From positions 79,982,001 through 80,046,000 of the forward strand of contig CM052816.1 of assembly GCA_028534125.1 (NCBI GenBank): a stretch of 64,000 nt of DNA, given 5' to 3'. A program made the translations under genes and the position numbers. The notes beneath the pieces are model-generated. The model had not been told where the DNA came from. It did not search any database and worked only from the letters and a program-made list of their open reading frames with translations. Below, in pieces: positions 38,072 through 51,499 of the stretch (positions are counted from its first letter, which is position 1; every line of letters begins with the position of its first letter). The DNA comes from Lama glama (lineage: Eukaryota).

Positions 38072-38815
38072 CTGTCAAAAAGTCTACAAATAATAAATGG
38101 AAAGGATGTGGTGAATAGGGAACCATCCTATACTGTTGGCAGCATTATAAATTGGTGCAGCCACTATGGAAAATAGTATGGAGGTTCCTTTAAAACTAAA
38201 AATAGAGTTACATATGATCCAGCAATCCCACTCCTGGGCATATATCTGGAGGAAACTCTAATTCAAAAAGATACATGCACCTCAGTATTCATAGCAGCAC
38301 TATTTACAATAGCCAAGACATGGAAACAACCTAAATGTCCATCCACAGATGACTGGATAAAGAAGTTGTGGCATATACATATACGACGGAATATTACTCA
38401 GCCATAAAAAGAATGAAATAATGCCAATGGCAGTGACATGGATGGACCTAGAGATTAGAATACTAAGTGAAGTGAAGTCAGAGAAAGACAAATATATGAT
38501 ATCACTCACATGTGGAATCTAAAAAAAAAAAAATGAGACAAATGAACTTACTTACAAAACAGAAATAGGCTCACAGACATAGAAAACATAGTTAAGTTGG
38601 GGATGGATAAATTAGGAGTTAGCGATTGGCAGATACAAACTACTATATATAAAACAGATAAACAAGGACCTACTGTATAGCACAGGGAATTATATTCAAT
38701 ATCTTGTAATAACCTATAATGGAAAAGAATCTAAAAAAGAAGAGATATATATAACTGAATATAACTTTGCTGTACCTCTGAAATACTGTAAATCAATTAA
38801 TACTTTAATTTAAAA
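38072..38815 (+). mobile_element. Artiodactyl-type L1 3' end
   Basis: caaaaagtctacaaataataaatg, catatgatccagcaatcccactcctgggcatata, acctactgtatagcacaggga. Confidence 0.9.
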
Positions 38816-41800
38816 TTCTATATATGTAAACAAGATTCATTGCAGAAAGTTCAGACTACAGAGAGTTAAAAAGAATAAAATTAACAGAATCACTTTCAAT
38901 CTTATCATTCAAAAACCAAACCTGTTAAAATTGTTGTACCAGTCCATATTTTTTCTATGCCTATAGAAAATATTTTGTTCTTTGACCTGTTTTTCTCACC
39001 AGGTACTATATGCTGAACATTTTCCCATATCAATATCGAGCTATAGCACAAGTTTTTACCACTAAAATGGTATGGACCATCTAGGTTGTTATCAGGTTTT
39101 CATGATTATAAACAGTTCTGCCTTGAACATCTTTGAACATTCATGTCTGTATAGTATAGTGTGACTTTAAGAATAAATGAGATAAGGCACAAATGCTGCT
39201 GGAATCTTCCCAGCCTGACAATCTCATAAGTTTACAATTTTTTTTAATCCTTCAGACCATTAAGGGTGTCACTTGTCATAAATGTTTTTCCTTCTACCAA
39301 AATGTCTTTCACACCTAAGTGTCTAGGATAAAATCTTGACACGATTTTCCCTACTGCTTCAGCATTAGAGACAAAGCCCACTGCTGAGGATAAAAAAACC
39401 ACTAAGGGACCCAACGTCTAAAAAAATTGGGGTTATATTACTTCTCCAGAAGTAACTAAAAGGGAACAGAGCCAGCCCTGTTAATCCCAGTTTCCTGGTC
39501 TCTATGAGCACTAGGGGAGGAGGGAGAACAAGTGTCCCCTGGGGGGAGTGCAGCTCGCATGCTTCCAGGCACCCCAGCTGCCCAGCTCACTCCCCATCCC
39601 GACAATGGGTAGGGTATCAAGGGAATCATACAGAGACTAGGGGTGCCTGCAAGAAGCAAAACCAACACCCCTTTCACTGGTTGCCCATCTATTTAGGCAG
39701 TGGATTGGCCAGTTTCCCTGTGTCCTGAGCAAAAGAACAGAGAAGAGAAGAGGAGAGAAAGGAAAGGAAAGGGGACTGGGCAGGAGAGGGGAGAGGGAGC
39801 ACCAGGGAAGCAACCGCCACACCCACAGTTTGGAGATGCAAGGACCAGGGAGTTTCCTGGATTCTAATGGATATCACATTAGGGAGCCTTACTTGAGCCA
39901 CCTTGCTGGTACTCTGACTGAGAAGGCTGTCCTGGGGTGGGAGGACCCCAGCAGTCAGAGGGCAGTGAGAGGAGCCTAGAAAAGGGCCAGCTGGAGGCAG
40001 AGCCCCTGAGTCAGGGAGCTGAGACCTGGAATGTGCTCTGAGCAAGCTGTTAGCCAGAGACATCGCCTGGACCAGCAGCAAGAGGACAGCAGCTGCACCT
40101 AGCTAAGTTGGTATGTTCCCCTTGCCTGCCACCCCCATGCTTCTCCATCCCTGACCCTGTCAGGGGGAGGAAGGGGTTGGGGTGAGATCCCCAAGAGCAA
40201 GCGGTGGGAGTGAAAGGGCAGAATACCCAAGTTTCCCTCACTTTCAGTGCTCTGAGTCAGGGTCAAGTTGCACTGGGGGAAAGAGAGAAGACTGAAATGT
40301 TTGAGATTGATTTTTTTTTTAAACTGGATTCATCTCTGGAAGTTTATGGAGGTCATGAAGAGGTAAGAAAGGGGGATGCAGCCTGGCATGGTTGATGGCA
40401 AGGACTGAAGGGAAGGGGACACTTTCAGTGTCCCACCTTACGGATTTGAGACAGTTCAGTAGATCAATTACAGTTCCAACAGAAAAATGCACATATTCAG
40501 TGGGGGCACTGCAGTGCTGACGCAGGCCTGGGCTCGGATCCTGGCATGGCCCATGTATTCATTCATTCAGCAGATACTTACTGAGCACCTCCAGGGTGCT
40601 GGACAAAGCTGTGAACAAGACCCACAAGGGCCCTGTGCTGTGTGGAGTTAAATTCCAGGAACATGAGCGATTCCAGGGAACTTTCTTAACCTTCTTGGGC
40701 CTCAGATTCCTCAGAGAATCTTGTTCTCATATTCCACCTGCCTCCTTAATAGATGTCCAAGAAGCCTGGACATTAAGTGTAATAAAACAATCTTTTAAAA
40801 AAATTTTAGCATCACACACTTTAGGCAACTAAACTGAGATGAACAGCTTGTGTTTCAGAAACCCAAGCACAAGCCACATGGAGGCTTCTAAACCCAGAGA
40901 AGTCACTCCAGGCTCTCAGAAGAGAGGAGGGCAAGTGGCCTTGGAGGAAGCCGGTAACAGCTCGCCTTGTGTGGGCCAACTGCAACCTCATTATCCTTGT
41001 TTCCAGATCCAAAGGGGGGGATATCCTCTAAGCACCAAAAACTCTATATTAATGACTTTAAAATATCAAGCAGTGTAAATATTTTGCAGAATTAATGGTA
41101 AGTGCCAGTACTTTAGAAGGGAGGAGAAACCCAGAAGAAGTGTCTTGGTAAAATGAGCAGTGGGAATTCAAGTCATCCAGGACTAGTGCTGTATCTACGT
41201 ATACTATGCAATCCATGAACCAATTCTTTCTGGGCACTGGTAGAGAGTCAGTCAGGCCCCTCCTCCTGGTCCATGAGCAATAGCTCAGCATCCCTGTGGA
41301 GCAGTAGAGAACCCACCATGTGGCCAAAGGCGGCTGTCCCGCAGCAGGGGAGCCCCGCCAGCTACACCTTCCAGCCGCAGGCCCTTGGCAGTCCCTGAAT
41401 GGCTGGTTCCTGAGCACACGCAGGCTGGCCCCATGCACCTCTGCTTTTTCTTACTAAGTCATCTCCCAGGACCTCTGATTCACTCCTCGCCAAGGCTTTA
41501 GAAGCAGAAAACAGACAGCGTGGAGGGGGCGGGGGGGTCTGGCAGGCATTTCACTATCCCCCCAACCTTAGGGCTTTAGTACGAAGGCAGCCTGGCCGCG
41601 TCCGGACGTGTCTGGACGTCAGGAAGGTCAGGCCACCCGTCATTTGGTTAATCCTCAACTTTCCTGCTGTGAATCCACGTAAACTTCACCCAGATGGTGC
41701 CATTCCAGTGCTTTCAACTGTCTTCTAGCAAAACAGGGGTTGAGATGACAACATTTACAAAGAAAGCTTACCAGATTCTTGGCGACTTAACTGGTGATTT

Positions 41801-42754
41801 TCTTAAATTCTTTTCCCCAAACTATTACAAGACACCACTGGCTATTCCCCCACCGCCCTTTTTTAAACTTTTTTCTTTTGAGTCCTGCAAAAGGGAAGCA
41901 CTCAGTAGCAGAGTGCCAGGAAACCAGAAAATGGAAAAGCAATCTGTAAGGCAACCTTGCCAACACCCTCCACGTACCACCAGGTCAGAAAATGCAAAAA
42001 CCTCCCACAGGTCAAAAGTGCCAAGGCCACATCCTCTTGTTTATTCTACAATAAATAGGTAAATGGACAAACATGCAAATAAATAAACACCTCATAGAAG
42101 AGTTTTCTAGGGCATACAACTACAAAATAATTTAACTATTCTCTATAAAATATAAAATAACCCCCCAAGATACGACTTTCTTAAAGACAGTACCTTTGTT
42201 TTAGGGGCAGATAAATAATGAAGTTTAAATATACATATAGAGTATACTTTTTCAATTTACAACATTTTAATCTGTTTACCTTAAGGTTTTAAAAGCAAAA
42301 TATAACCACATAACAGAAAACTACAGAGACCACACCCATAATTTGATCGTCTGCTAACCACAAAGGTAAACATTGAAGCTTTTTTCTTTTTAGTCTATTT
42401 CCCTATCTCTTTTCTAGCATCACTGATTTATGTCCTGCTTTCTTTCTCTCTAACGTATAAACAGCAACTTACAGGGCAATGCATTGTTATTTTATAGGAT
42501 ACATAAAATTCCATAAAGTATTTTGAAAAACTTCATTAACTTAACATTCCTCTGTTAATATTTAGGGCTTTTTTTTTTTCAGGAAAGTGACATAAAAAAC
42601 ACAGCCAAAAACACGTCAGTGCATACAGTTTTCAAAAATATCTTAGATAAAATTGCTTTCCATAAAGGACACCAGCAAAGTGTGAGGGCACTGGATATCA
42701 TCACTGTAGAAAATGTTTACAACTATATAACAATGAGCAAAAACTGGTATTTTT

Positions 42755-43830
42755 TAAATTATGGAAATCTTTAAACATAGTCAAGAGTAGAGAAAATAAT
42801 TATATAATCCTCTTCCATGACTATCAGCTAGTGCTTGTCTTGTTTCTGTTATTCCCCCACTTTAAATACTTCCCTCACTAGATTATCTGAATTACATCCC
42901 AGACCACAGAGTGTAGCTTCAAAAAATATTTCAGTGTCTGTCTGTAGATGATAAGAACTCTTTTTTTTAAGAACACGAACAAAATACATCACATCTTAAA
43001 AAAAAAAAGTTACACTAATGCCTGAATGCATCGAACATCCAGACAAAATCCAAATTTTCCCAACTGTCTTGTAAATTTTTCTTGGTTTGTTGGAATCAGG
43101 ATACAAATAAGGTCCTAATGTTGTAAATGACAGTTCCATCTCTTCAGCCTCTTAATCTGTAGGTTTCCCTCCCTTCCCATCCCTCTTTTTCTTTTATTTA
43201 CCTGTTGAAGAAATGAGGTTAACTGTCCGACTTTGTACTGACTTTGTACTAACATATCTCATAATGGTATGTTCCACTATCTCCTTATTTCCTGTTAATC
43301 GGTAGTAGGATCTAAAGGCTTGATCAGATTCAAGTTCGATGTTTTGGCAGTAATAAATACATCATAGAAAGTGCTGTGTACTTTCCATCAGAAGGCACAA
43401 AAATGTCCGGTTGTCTTTTTTTTTTTTTTGAAGTTAGTATAATCTTTGGTCTTTTTTTTAACTTTTTATTATAAACAATTTAAACTATTTTACTTTTTAA
43501 AAATTCAAACAAAAGGAGAGAAAGGAACATAAAGAATTCCTATGTAACCATCATCTGGCTTTAACTCATACCAACTCACTAGCTTCTCTCTCCCTTATTC
43601 TATTTTATCCACGTCCTTACTCACTGGCCTGTCTTCCCAATCTAGACTATCTTGAAGCAGATCCCAGACATCATGTAATTTCATCTCTCACTATTTCCGT
43701 TCATCTCTCTAAAAGACAGCAATTTTTTAAAAATACCATTATGACATCTAAGACTTAAAAATGACACCTTAATGTTATCAAATATCTGATCAGTAGTCAC
43801 ATTTCCTCCATTGTATTCTGAGATATTTTT
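42755..43830 (-). mobile_element. Two adjacent L1MC4/5-like 3'UTR fragments (about 42755-43420 and 43455-43830)
   Basis: Both carry tagattat/tagactat...atcccagac..., tatttc and aatac-type motifs typical of L1MC 3' ends. Confidence 0.6.
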
Positions 43831-45079
43831 GGCGTTTGATTTTAATTTGCAGCATTTGATTCTTGATGAGTGACAACATTGCTGCTGTGTTCAGTTACTG
43901 GCTGTTAATTTATCTTCTGGTGTCCTCTGCTTGTTTTGAATTGAATTGATAGGCTGACAATAATAAAGACTGATAACCAATTTTTTGCTACAATTTTTTC
44001 CCAGTCCGTTATTTGCCTACTAACAGGAGGTGCAGTGAGGCAGTCCATCTCCTGCCCAGTGAACTTAAGCTTCCTAATTTACGTATACTTTGTGATTCCT
44101 TCTACTGCTTCTAAGCTCAGAATGCCTCCCTTCCTTCAAAGATATAATGAATATTCAATTCTTTCTTTTTTTTCTAGTTTCTCTAATCTGTGTTGTGAAG
44201 TACATTCAGCTTATATATCTAGAAAGCTATTTAGGTTCTATAAACCTCAGGATTTATCTCCATGACCCCTAAGTCAGTCACTGAAAGAAAATGGAATTTT
44301 TATAGTAGTGGTGTATTTCTCAATGATTTGAATCCTTTTGTAAACTACCCATAGATTCATTTTCACTTGCTCCAGAAGAAAAACTCCAATCCCTTTTAGA
44401 GAAGGGGGGGGGATCCTGTCACCTGGTTTTAAAGCACTCTAACTAATTAGGGTGTTAATTAGTTCTATGCAAGAATGAAAAGCAGGGATTAATTTAAATC
44501 ACAATGAAGTTGGTTGGGGGGGTTAATGGTTTCTTCTTTAACAGTTACCATCCCATTTTAAACAGACCCAGGCCCTTTTAAAAGGAGGGCATTGATGCTG
44601 CACAAGTTTGGTTGCCTAGGAGACCCCACCTCTCCCTTCTACCAGGGCCTGTCACCTCAGAAAAGCAGCTTCAGTTACCAGCCGGCCACTTTTCTAAGCC
44701 TCAATCGAATGGACAGTAGAAGTAACACACAAAAAAGTAAAATTCCAATATTACTTCAACTACAGCTTAGATTTTTTTTTTTCCAAGTAGGAATTTCCCA
44801 CGGTAGCAAAGTAGGATTATGATGCAAAGTCCCAGGGAAAATTAAGCTACAAGTCTCATCAGTTTTCTATACTCCATTTAAGACACCAAGGCAAAAAAAA
44901 AAAAAAAAAAGTGTAGACCAAGTGATTTATGAAACAAGTGTAGCACGAGTATTGAAATTCTGAAGCATTGTGTAACTACCAGTCCAGAGTCTATACCACA
45001 CTTACTGCTTGTATCATCAACAGAAATTTAGGGGTAAGGAGTACATTATGGTTGCGTATATTCATGTATTAAATCAAGA

Positions 45080-45217
45080 GGCCAGATGATGGGTGTTCAC
45101 AAAACTTCTCGTGGTCATCATTTCATTATGTAAATCAAATCATGATGCTGTACACCTTAAACTTAACACACTACTGTACATCAATTAGATCTCAATAAAA
45201 CTGGTAGGGAAAAAAAG
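45080..45217 (+). mobile_element. Short L1 3' terminus
   Basis: atcaaatcatgatgctgtacaccttaaactta...tcaattagatctcaataaaactgg plus A tail. Confidence 0.75.
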
Positions 45218-45255
45218 TTTGGTTAAAGGAATCAAGGGAGGTTATCCATGGCAAA

Positions 45256-45337
45256 AGCATATTAGTAGTAGTAATATCATTTGAAAGTTAGCGTCTAGCA
45301 TATTAGTAGTAGTAATATCATTTGAAAGTTAGCGTCT
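45256..45337. repeat. Perfect 2 x 41-bp tandem duplication
   Basis: agcatattagtagtagtaatatcatttgaaagttagcgtct at 45256-45296 and 45297-45337. Confidence 0.97.
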
Positions 45338-45371
45338 ATTAAATCAGCTTCTGAAATCTGACTTTAAAAAA

Positions 45372-45566
45372 ATTTTTGTTGAAGTGTAGTTGATTTACAA
45401 TGTTAGTTTCAGGTATACAGCAAAGTGATTCAGTTATATATATACATACTTTTTTTTCAGATTCTTTTCCATTATAGCTTATTACAGGCAACTGAACATA
45501 GTTCCCTGTGCTATACAGTAGGCCCTTGTTGTTAGTATATTTTATATATAGTAATGTGTATCTGTT
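45372..45566 (-). mobile_element. Artiodactyl-type L1 3' terminus
   Basis: ttgaagtgtagttgatttacaatgttagtttcaggtatacagcaaagtgattcag, atagttccctgtgctatacagtagg. Confidence 0.85.
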
Positions 45567-45615
45567 CCACTTTTCTTACAATGCGAGCCAGGCTACTACT
45601 TTGGCATTACCACCA

Positions 45616-46062
45616 TGTGATGGTTAACTTCTTGTGTCAACTTGCTAGGCTGCAGTACCCCCACTGTTTAGGTCAAACACTAGTCTAGATGTTGCTATGA
45701 AGGTATTTTTCAGATGTGATTAACATTTAGATCAGTAGACTTTGAGTAAAGCAGATTATCCCCCATGTCAGTGAGCCTCACCCAAACAGTTGAAGACCAT
45801 AAAAGGCAAGGCTGAGATTCTCCCCAAAGAGGAATTCTGCCTCCCGACTGGCTTCAGACTTGGAACTGCAACATCCACTCTTCCCTGGGTCTCCAGCCTG
45901 CCATCCTGCCCTGCAGATTTTGGACTTGCCAGCCCCACAGCTGTGTGAGCTCCTTCCCTAGAATTTCTAGATAGACAGATACAAACATATACATACATAC
46001 ACATTTATACTCATACACAGAGACATCCTATCAATTCTGGTTCTCTGGAGAACTCTAATGTG
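45616..46062 (+). mobile_element. MLT2-family ERVL solo LTR, 5-bp TSD CACCA
   Basis: tgtgatggttaacttcttgtgtcaacttg start; ttctggttctctggagaactc near the end; CACCA at 45611-45615 and 46063-46067. Confidence 0.88.
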
Positions 46063-46179
46063 CACCATCACCATCACTCTACAGCTGTTCTACAAAAAAG
46101 TGAAATTAAGCCGATATTTATCTGGTTGTTTACACATTGCACAAGCTTGGCTCTGCAAATCTTCACTAAAATTGGAGGG

Positions 46180-46561
46180 CATGTTAGTTTGCTAGGGCTG
46201 CTATGACAGAATGCCATTGGCTGGGGGGTTTAAACCACAGAAATTCATTCTCTCACAGCCCTGGAGGCTGAGAAGTCAGAGGTCAAGGCGCCAGCAGGTT
46301 TGGTTTCTTCTGAAGCTTCTCTCCTCGGCTGGCAGTGTCCCCACGTGGTCTTTCCTCTGTGTGCCTGCATCCCTGGTGTCCCCTCGTGTGTCCAAATTTT
46401 TGACAATAGTCAGATTGGTTTAGGGTCCACCCTAAAGGCCTCATTTTAACTTAGTCACCTCTATAAAGGCCCTATCTCCAAATACAGCCACATTCTGAAG
46501 TTCAGGGGGGTAAGGCTTCAACATATGAATGGAGGGAGGACGCACAATTCAGCCCATAACA
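46180..46561 (-). mobile_element. MLT1 (MLT1B-like) solo LTR, 5-bp TSD GAGGG
   Basis: ttagtttgctagggctgctat...cacaattcagcccataaca; GAGGG at 46175-46179 and 46562-46566. Confidence 0.88.
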
Positions 46562-48207
46562 GAGGGTCTATCTGAAAAAAAATCTGACTTACTCTACAGG
46601 ATACACAGCATACATAAAACTCACTTGTGGGGGAAGGCATCCAGAGGGGTGGCTTTCCTCTAGGTCAGCCAAAAGCATCCAATCAAGAAAAACATGCAAA
46701 TACATTTAAACACTGGTTGGCAGTGAAAATAAAGAGATAATTTTAAATAAGAGCCCCAAATCCAAGGCATCAAGGCAGACACAATTTTAGGCACCAATTT
46801 GTCACAGGGACGATACGCTGCGTCTTGCTCAGGTGTAGGAAGCAGCAAGGACTTAGTTGTTTGAGCCTAGCCAATGATTCGTCCCCACAGGCTAGACAGT
46901 CATCACAAAGTCTGTTACCAAACCCTCTTAAGCCTGGGGCGAGGCATGATGTGAAATCCTTGTAAATATATATTAAAGACATAAGTTCTGACCACCAGCT
47001 GGTCAGTGCTTAATCTGACAGCCAATATCTGCAGGCATCAGTAGAGATGGAAGGCCTTAGAGAAGACAGAGGAAGGGAAAAAAGGCAGCAAGACGACAAA
47101 GAAGAAAACAGAAAAGAGGTAAGAGGATGGATGGAAGAAAGAGGGGAACAAGAAACAGGAAGGGAAAAGTGTGGGAAGGCAGGTCTCCGTCCCTCCTCTC
47201 TCAGCAGCCCTGCACTATGTCGGGCCCCATCCCTGACTAGTAACAAAAATGCCAGAACTTTCCATGTGAATTCCAAAGACTTTTCACCTCTGTTATCCCT
47301 CATGTATCCCAGACAGCCTAGTGAGACCTCACGGAACTATTATTTTTATTGGACAAATTTTTTAAAATCTGAGACAGTCCCTGAAGTGACTTAAGGACTC
47401 TGGAAGCAACTGAATGTTTTACAGACGAACTTGACTCCGTCGAAATGACAAACAACTACAATTTTTTTTCTCACCCCATCCTCCCTCCCTTAAACTTTCT
47501 AGTTTACACATAACCAGACTATGGGATCTATGTGTATTTTTAAAATTCTGCATCCACTCTTTTTGGCTTCATACTTTTGAGAGTTTAGTTTGTTTAGCTC
47601 TGAGGATTATCTCACTTGCAAACAAGATTTGAGAGAAAAGTGATTGACAAATGATCACTTACCAGGAAAAAATGAGTGATAATACTCAGATAATACTCGG
47701 AAGAACTCTTTTCCCAGAGTCGACGTCAACTCTTCCCCTCCAGAGGTGACCTTCCAAATGCTACAAGTTTTCTAGAACCATCTAAATGAGTTTAAGATAA
47801 ATCTCAGGGGAAAAGCTGATGAACTGCTATCAATGGGGACACGGTACAGGTAACTCAGCTCCTGTCTGGAAATGAAATAAGGTTATGGCAGTCGGAGAAG
47901 AGAAGGGTCAGCCTCTGGCTTCCTGAGTGTATCTTACACCTTTGAGTTCAGTTTTAACATGCCGTTGGCAGCCAGACATTTCAGTGGCTTTTAGATGAAA
48001 ATCCAGGCTCAGGTTCAAAGCTGGAAGGTGATACCTGTCCTACAGAGTTGAAAGTCCTGAATTCCAGGCCCTTAGGTTCAGGTCTTGGGTTTTGGTCAGT
48101 GCACCTGCCGGGGGTGGGGGGTGCGCTACTGCAGTAACCCAAAGAACACCAGTGCTAGAACATTCTGGGGGCTCCTCTGCCTATAAATTTATAAACTGCT
48201 CATATAC

Positions 48208-48740
48208 TGTGACAGATGATCTTCTCCAAAAATGGCACAAGATTGCTGGTCCCATAGGCTCTTCCAGAACATTGCCACCTGCACCAATGGCAGAGTCTAT
48301 TGCTCCTCCCCTTGAATCTGGGCAGGACTTTGAGATGGTTTCAACTGATGGAATGTGGCAGAATTATCACCACGGAACTCCCAGGGCTAGGTCATCAAGG
48401 GTGATGTGGCTTCCATCTGGGTCCCTCCTGGGATGTTTCTCCTGGAACCCAGCTGCCATGCTGTGAGGAAGCCCAGGCCACATAGAAGGGACAGAAGTGT
48501 TCTGGCAAAAGTCTCAGCTGAGATCTTCAGTGAGAACCAGCATCAGCCATCAAATGATGAGTTAATGAGCTACCAGGGGGTTCCCACCCACAGCCCTTGA
48601 GTCTCCCCAGCTAAGTCCCACATGGTGGATCAGAGCCAGCTGCCCCATTGTACCCAGTCCAGAGAATCTGTGAGTGTAATGTCTGCTTTATGTCACGAAG
48701 TTTAGTAGTCATTTTTTAAACAGCCCTAGTAACTGGAATG
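48208..48740 (+). mobile_element. Older MLT1 (G/H-like) solo LTR
   Basis: ctccccttgaatctgggcagg, ggaatgtggcagaa, ggaacccagctgccatgctgtgaggaagccc. Confidence 0.8.
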
Positions 48741-48849
48741 TACGTTAATGCCCAGAGGCAGAACTAACTGATTCATTTTGACCTTAGACATGTCTGACTT
48801 TGGGTCTGTCTTGTAGGTGGGAAAGAGAAGGCAGGAAGCGGAAACATGG

Positions 48850-49040
48850 TGCCTGCACCAGGCACCATGTCGGGTATGAGAAAACTTCAATTCCTCCAAA
48901 ATCTCTATGAGGTTTAAGTGTGATTTCCATTGACAGATGAGGAAGCGGAAGCACGGAAAGGTTTAGTTACTTATTCAGGATCACACAGGCAGCGGTAGAG
49001 CTGAAGTCTGATTCCATGTCTGCCTGACTCTAGAACTCAC
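48850..49040 (-). mobile_element. MIR SINE
   Basis: ccattgacagatgaggaagcggaagcacggaaaggtttagttacttattcaggatcacacag. Confidence 0.7.
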
Positions 49041-51499
49041 CATCGTTTTGCTCTCCCTGGGGGCTTTGGCCCTGGGTGGGGACAAGGAGTAGGGGAAGGA
49101 GTCTCAATCTGTGGCAAAGAGAAATGTCCATCAGTCCATGAACTCTTGTCATTGTGTGCAGTATGCCCCCATCCACGCCACACACACACACTTTTCAAAT
49201 AAAGTAAATTCCATAATAATTATAATTTAAATTCATCTCACACATTATTGATCTTGATTTTTATTATGATTTGGGTATTGAATATGTATCTTCTCAGCTA
49301 ACAGATGATAACTGTAGAACAGCTATTAGAAGTTAAAGGTCTATAAACTTTCCATACATATATTAGAACAGGGTTTTCATGCTTAAAGATGCTGGGAACC
49401 ATGAACCATACATCTCTACGTGAGTAACAGACATTCATGCTAGGTGAGCTGGACAACTGTGTTGCCACAGGAAAACACAAGAGTTGCGAAGGACCGACAT
49501 TGCATCTGTGTTGATCTAATAAAGGCGACCTAATAAACGGATCTAGGGACTGTTCTTAAACAGTGGGCGCTGAGAGGAGAGGTCCCCTCAGCCACAATTC
49601 ATTAATTGGTAAATTGTTCTTCCCGTTGAGCACTGGCCAGCATCCTATCTTTGGTTAATGATGATGTATATGCCTTCCCACTTTCCATACACAGGCAAGT
49701 GACAAGGATGACAGTCAGAGAAAGGACCTTTTCTCTGTGATCTCCTTGCTTTGCCTCCGCCCTTCAGGATATCCTACTGAACAAGTATTCTGCTCCCCTT
49801 AGGGGTGCAATGGGAGGGGGTGATGGTGATAGATTGGGGAACAAGTTTATTACCCATTAAGAATGTAGAGCAAGTACACTGCCTCCTTGAGAAATGGTAG
49901 CGGGCTCCATTCAGATCTGTGCTAAAGAGGCAAGAATGCTGGTACTTAATATGCCTTAGAAAGGCTTCTTTCAGCAAAGACAGACAGTTTCACCAGAGTC
50001 CTTTGCTATCACATTCACAGGGGATGCTGAGTAAAAGGCACAGGGCCACATCCAGCCTGCGACAAACAGGCAAGCATGCAGGGGGTGGGTGGGGTGCACT
50101 TTCTCTTCCCAGGACTCTTTTCTTTAGCTGCGGTAATCAGCATTCATACCCTTAAGAAGGCCCTGCTTTGGGAGGCAAGTCCTCCCATGTGACCACCCCC
50201 AGGCTACTTTCCCCACTGCCCTAAGCTCTTAAATCTCTGCATTCCACAAGGATTTCTTTCTTCCCCAAACGGGGGAGAAAAGGGGGGGAAATTACAATAT
50301 CTAATGAAGTCTGTTGGTGCCAAACCAACTAAGAAATTCCAATTCATAAAACTACATTTTATTAAAGCTGCATGTTGATTTTTTTGTTAAGACTATGTGC
50401 CTATATGCCAAACCCCATGATTTCTGCTTGTGAGCTGTTCAGCTCTGGGTTAAGTGGGGAAAGAAGAAAATAAGAAATGTGCTTTCAAATATCTTGAGGC
50501 TTATTAGCATTAACTTCAGGTATGTGAACAGTTTAAAGATTTTTTTTGTGGTGACTATTTTGACTATTTCAAAATAAACACAGTCTTAAAATGAACTACC
50601 AATTAATCACTGTTTAATTCATAAATGATAGAAACATATGTCCGTCATCTTAAGAACACAACTAGGATCCATTACACACATCAACACACGCGTCCACCTT
50701 TAAGTTCACATACTGGCCACCAGCTGTCAGAACGTTTCTTCCAAACACGGAGAAGCAGCTTTAGCCCAAAGGGTCCTCCATTCCCTCCCAGAACCTCACT
50801 GTCTCCCAACCTTGGCAGAAGGCAGTAGAGGAAGACAGTCTCACAGACAGACATCTGGTCTACCCAGGCTCTCCCCTTTTCCTTTCAAAGAAAAAGAACT
50901 TAGAAAGAGGAGGAAGTAGAAAGGCAGAAGCAGTGGGAGAGAGGATATTTAAGGAATTAACACCGATTCATAATTAACCACGTGACAAGAACTGTTGACC
51001 TCTCTGACTTTCAGCACTTCATTTTCTGAATGGACGCAGGACTGCTGACCCAGGAGGTACAAGGGGCCCCAGTGGACCTGGTCACAGCCAGGGAGCTTCT
51101 GCGTCTCCCAGGATTATCACCTCCAAATTCCCACTTATCTCAAAAGATGTGGGCATGTGAATCTACCCAAACTTATCCTTTAAAACCTATGCCTTTCCTA
51201 TTATACAGAATACTTGTCTATTTGCCTCATCCTTTGCCAGAAACAACTCCAGATGTGTACTATCAGGCATTTCCAAGGTCAGAGTTCTTTACAGATTGCA
51301 AATTCCTAGAGGACAGGAAGTAGGGCTGTTTCTCTTGTACTGCACTGCAACTACCCAAATACTGCATACAAAGTAATACATTTCTGCCAGGAATCTTTTT
51401 TTTTTAAGTCTCATTTCCTTCCTTCAAAGTGTCTGACCTTATAAAAATTCTGGGAAGGCGAATGATAACATCCTTAATTTATAACTGAGGTAATTGTGA

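Noticed and set aside
40496..40512. CTCF-like site tcagtgggggcactg
   Set aside because: One base short of the core spacing and lacks the conserved CC...AG positions.
43229..43250. 11-bp tandem duplication gactttgtact x2
   Set aside because: Ordinary micro-duplication inside an old L1 fragment.
48788..48797. p53-type half-site AGACATGTCT
   Set aside because: Single half-site without an adjacent partner; expected by chance.
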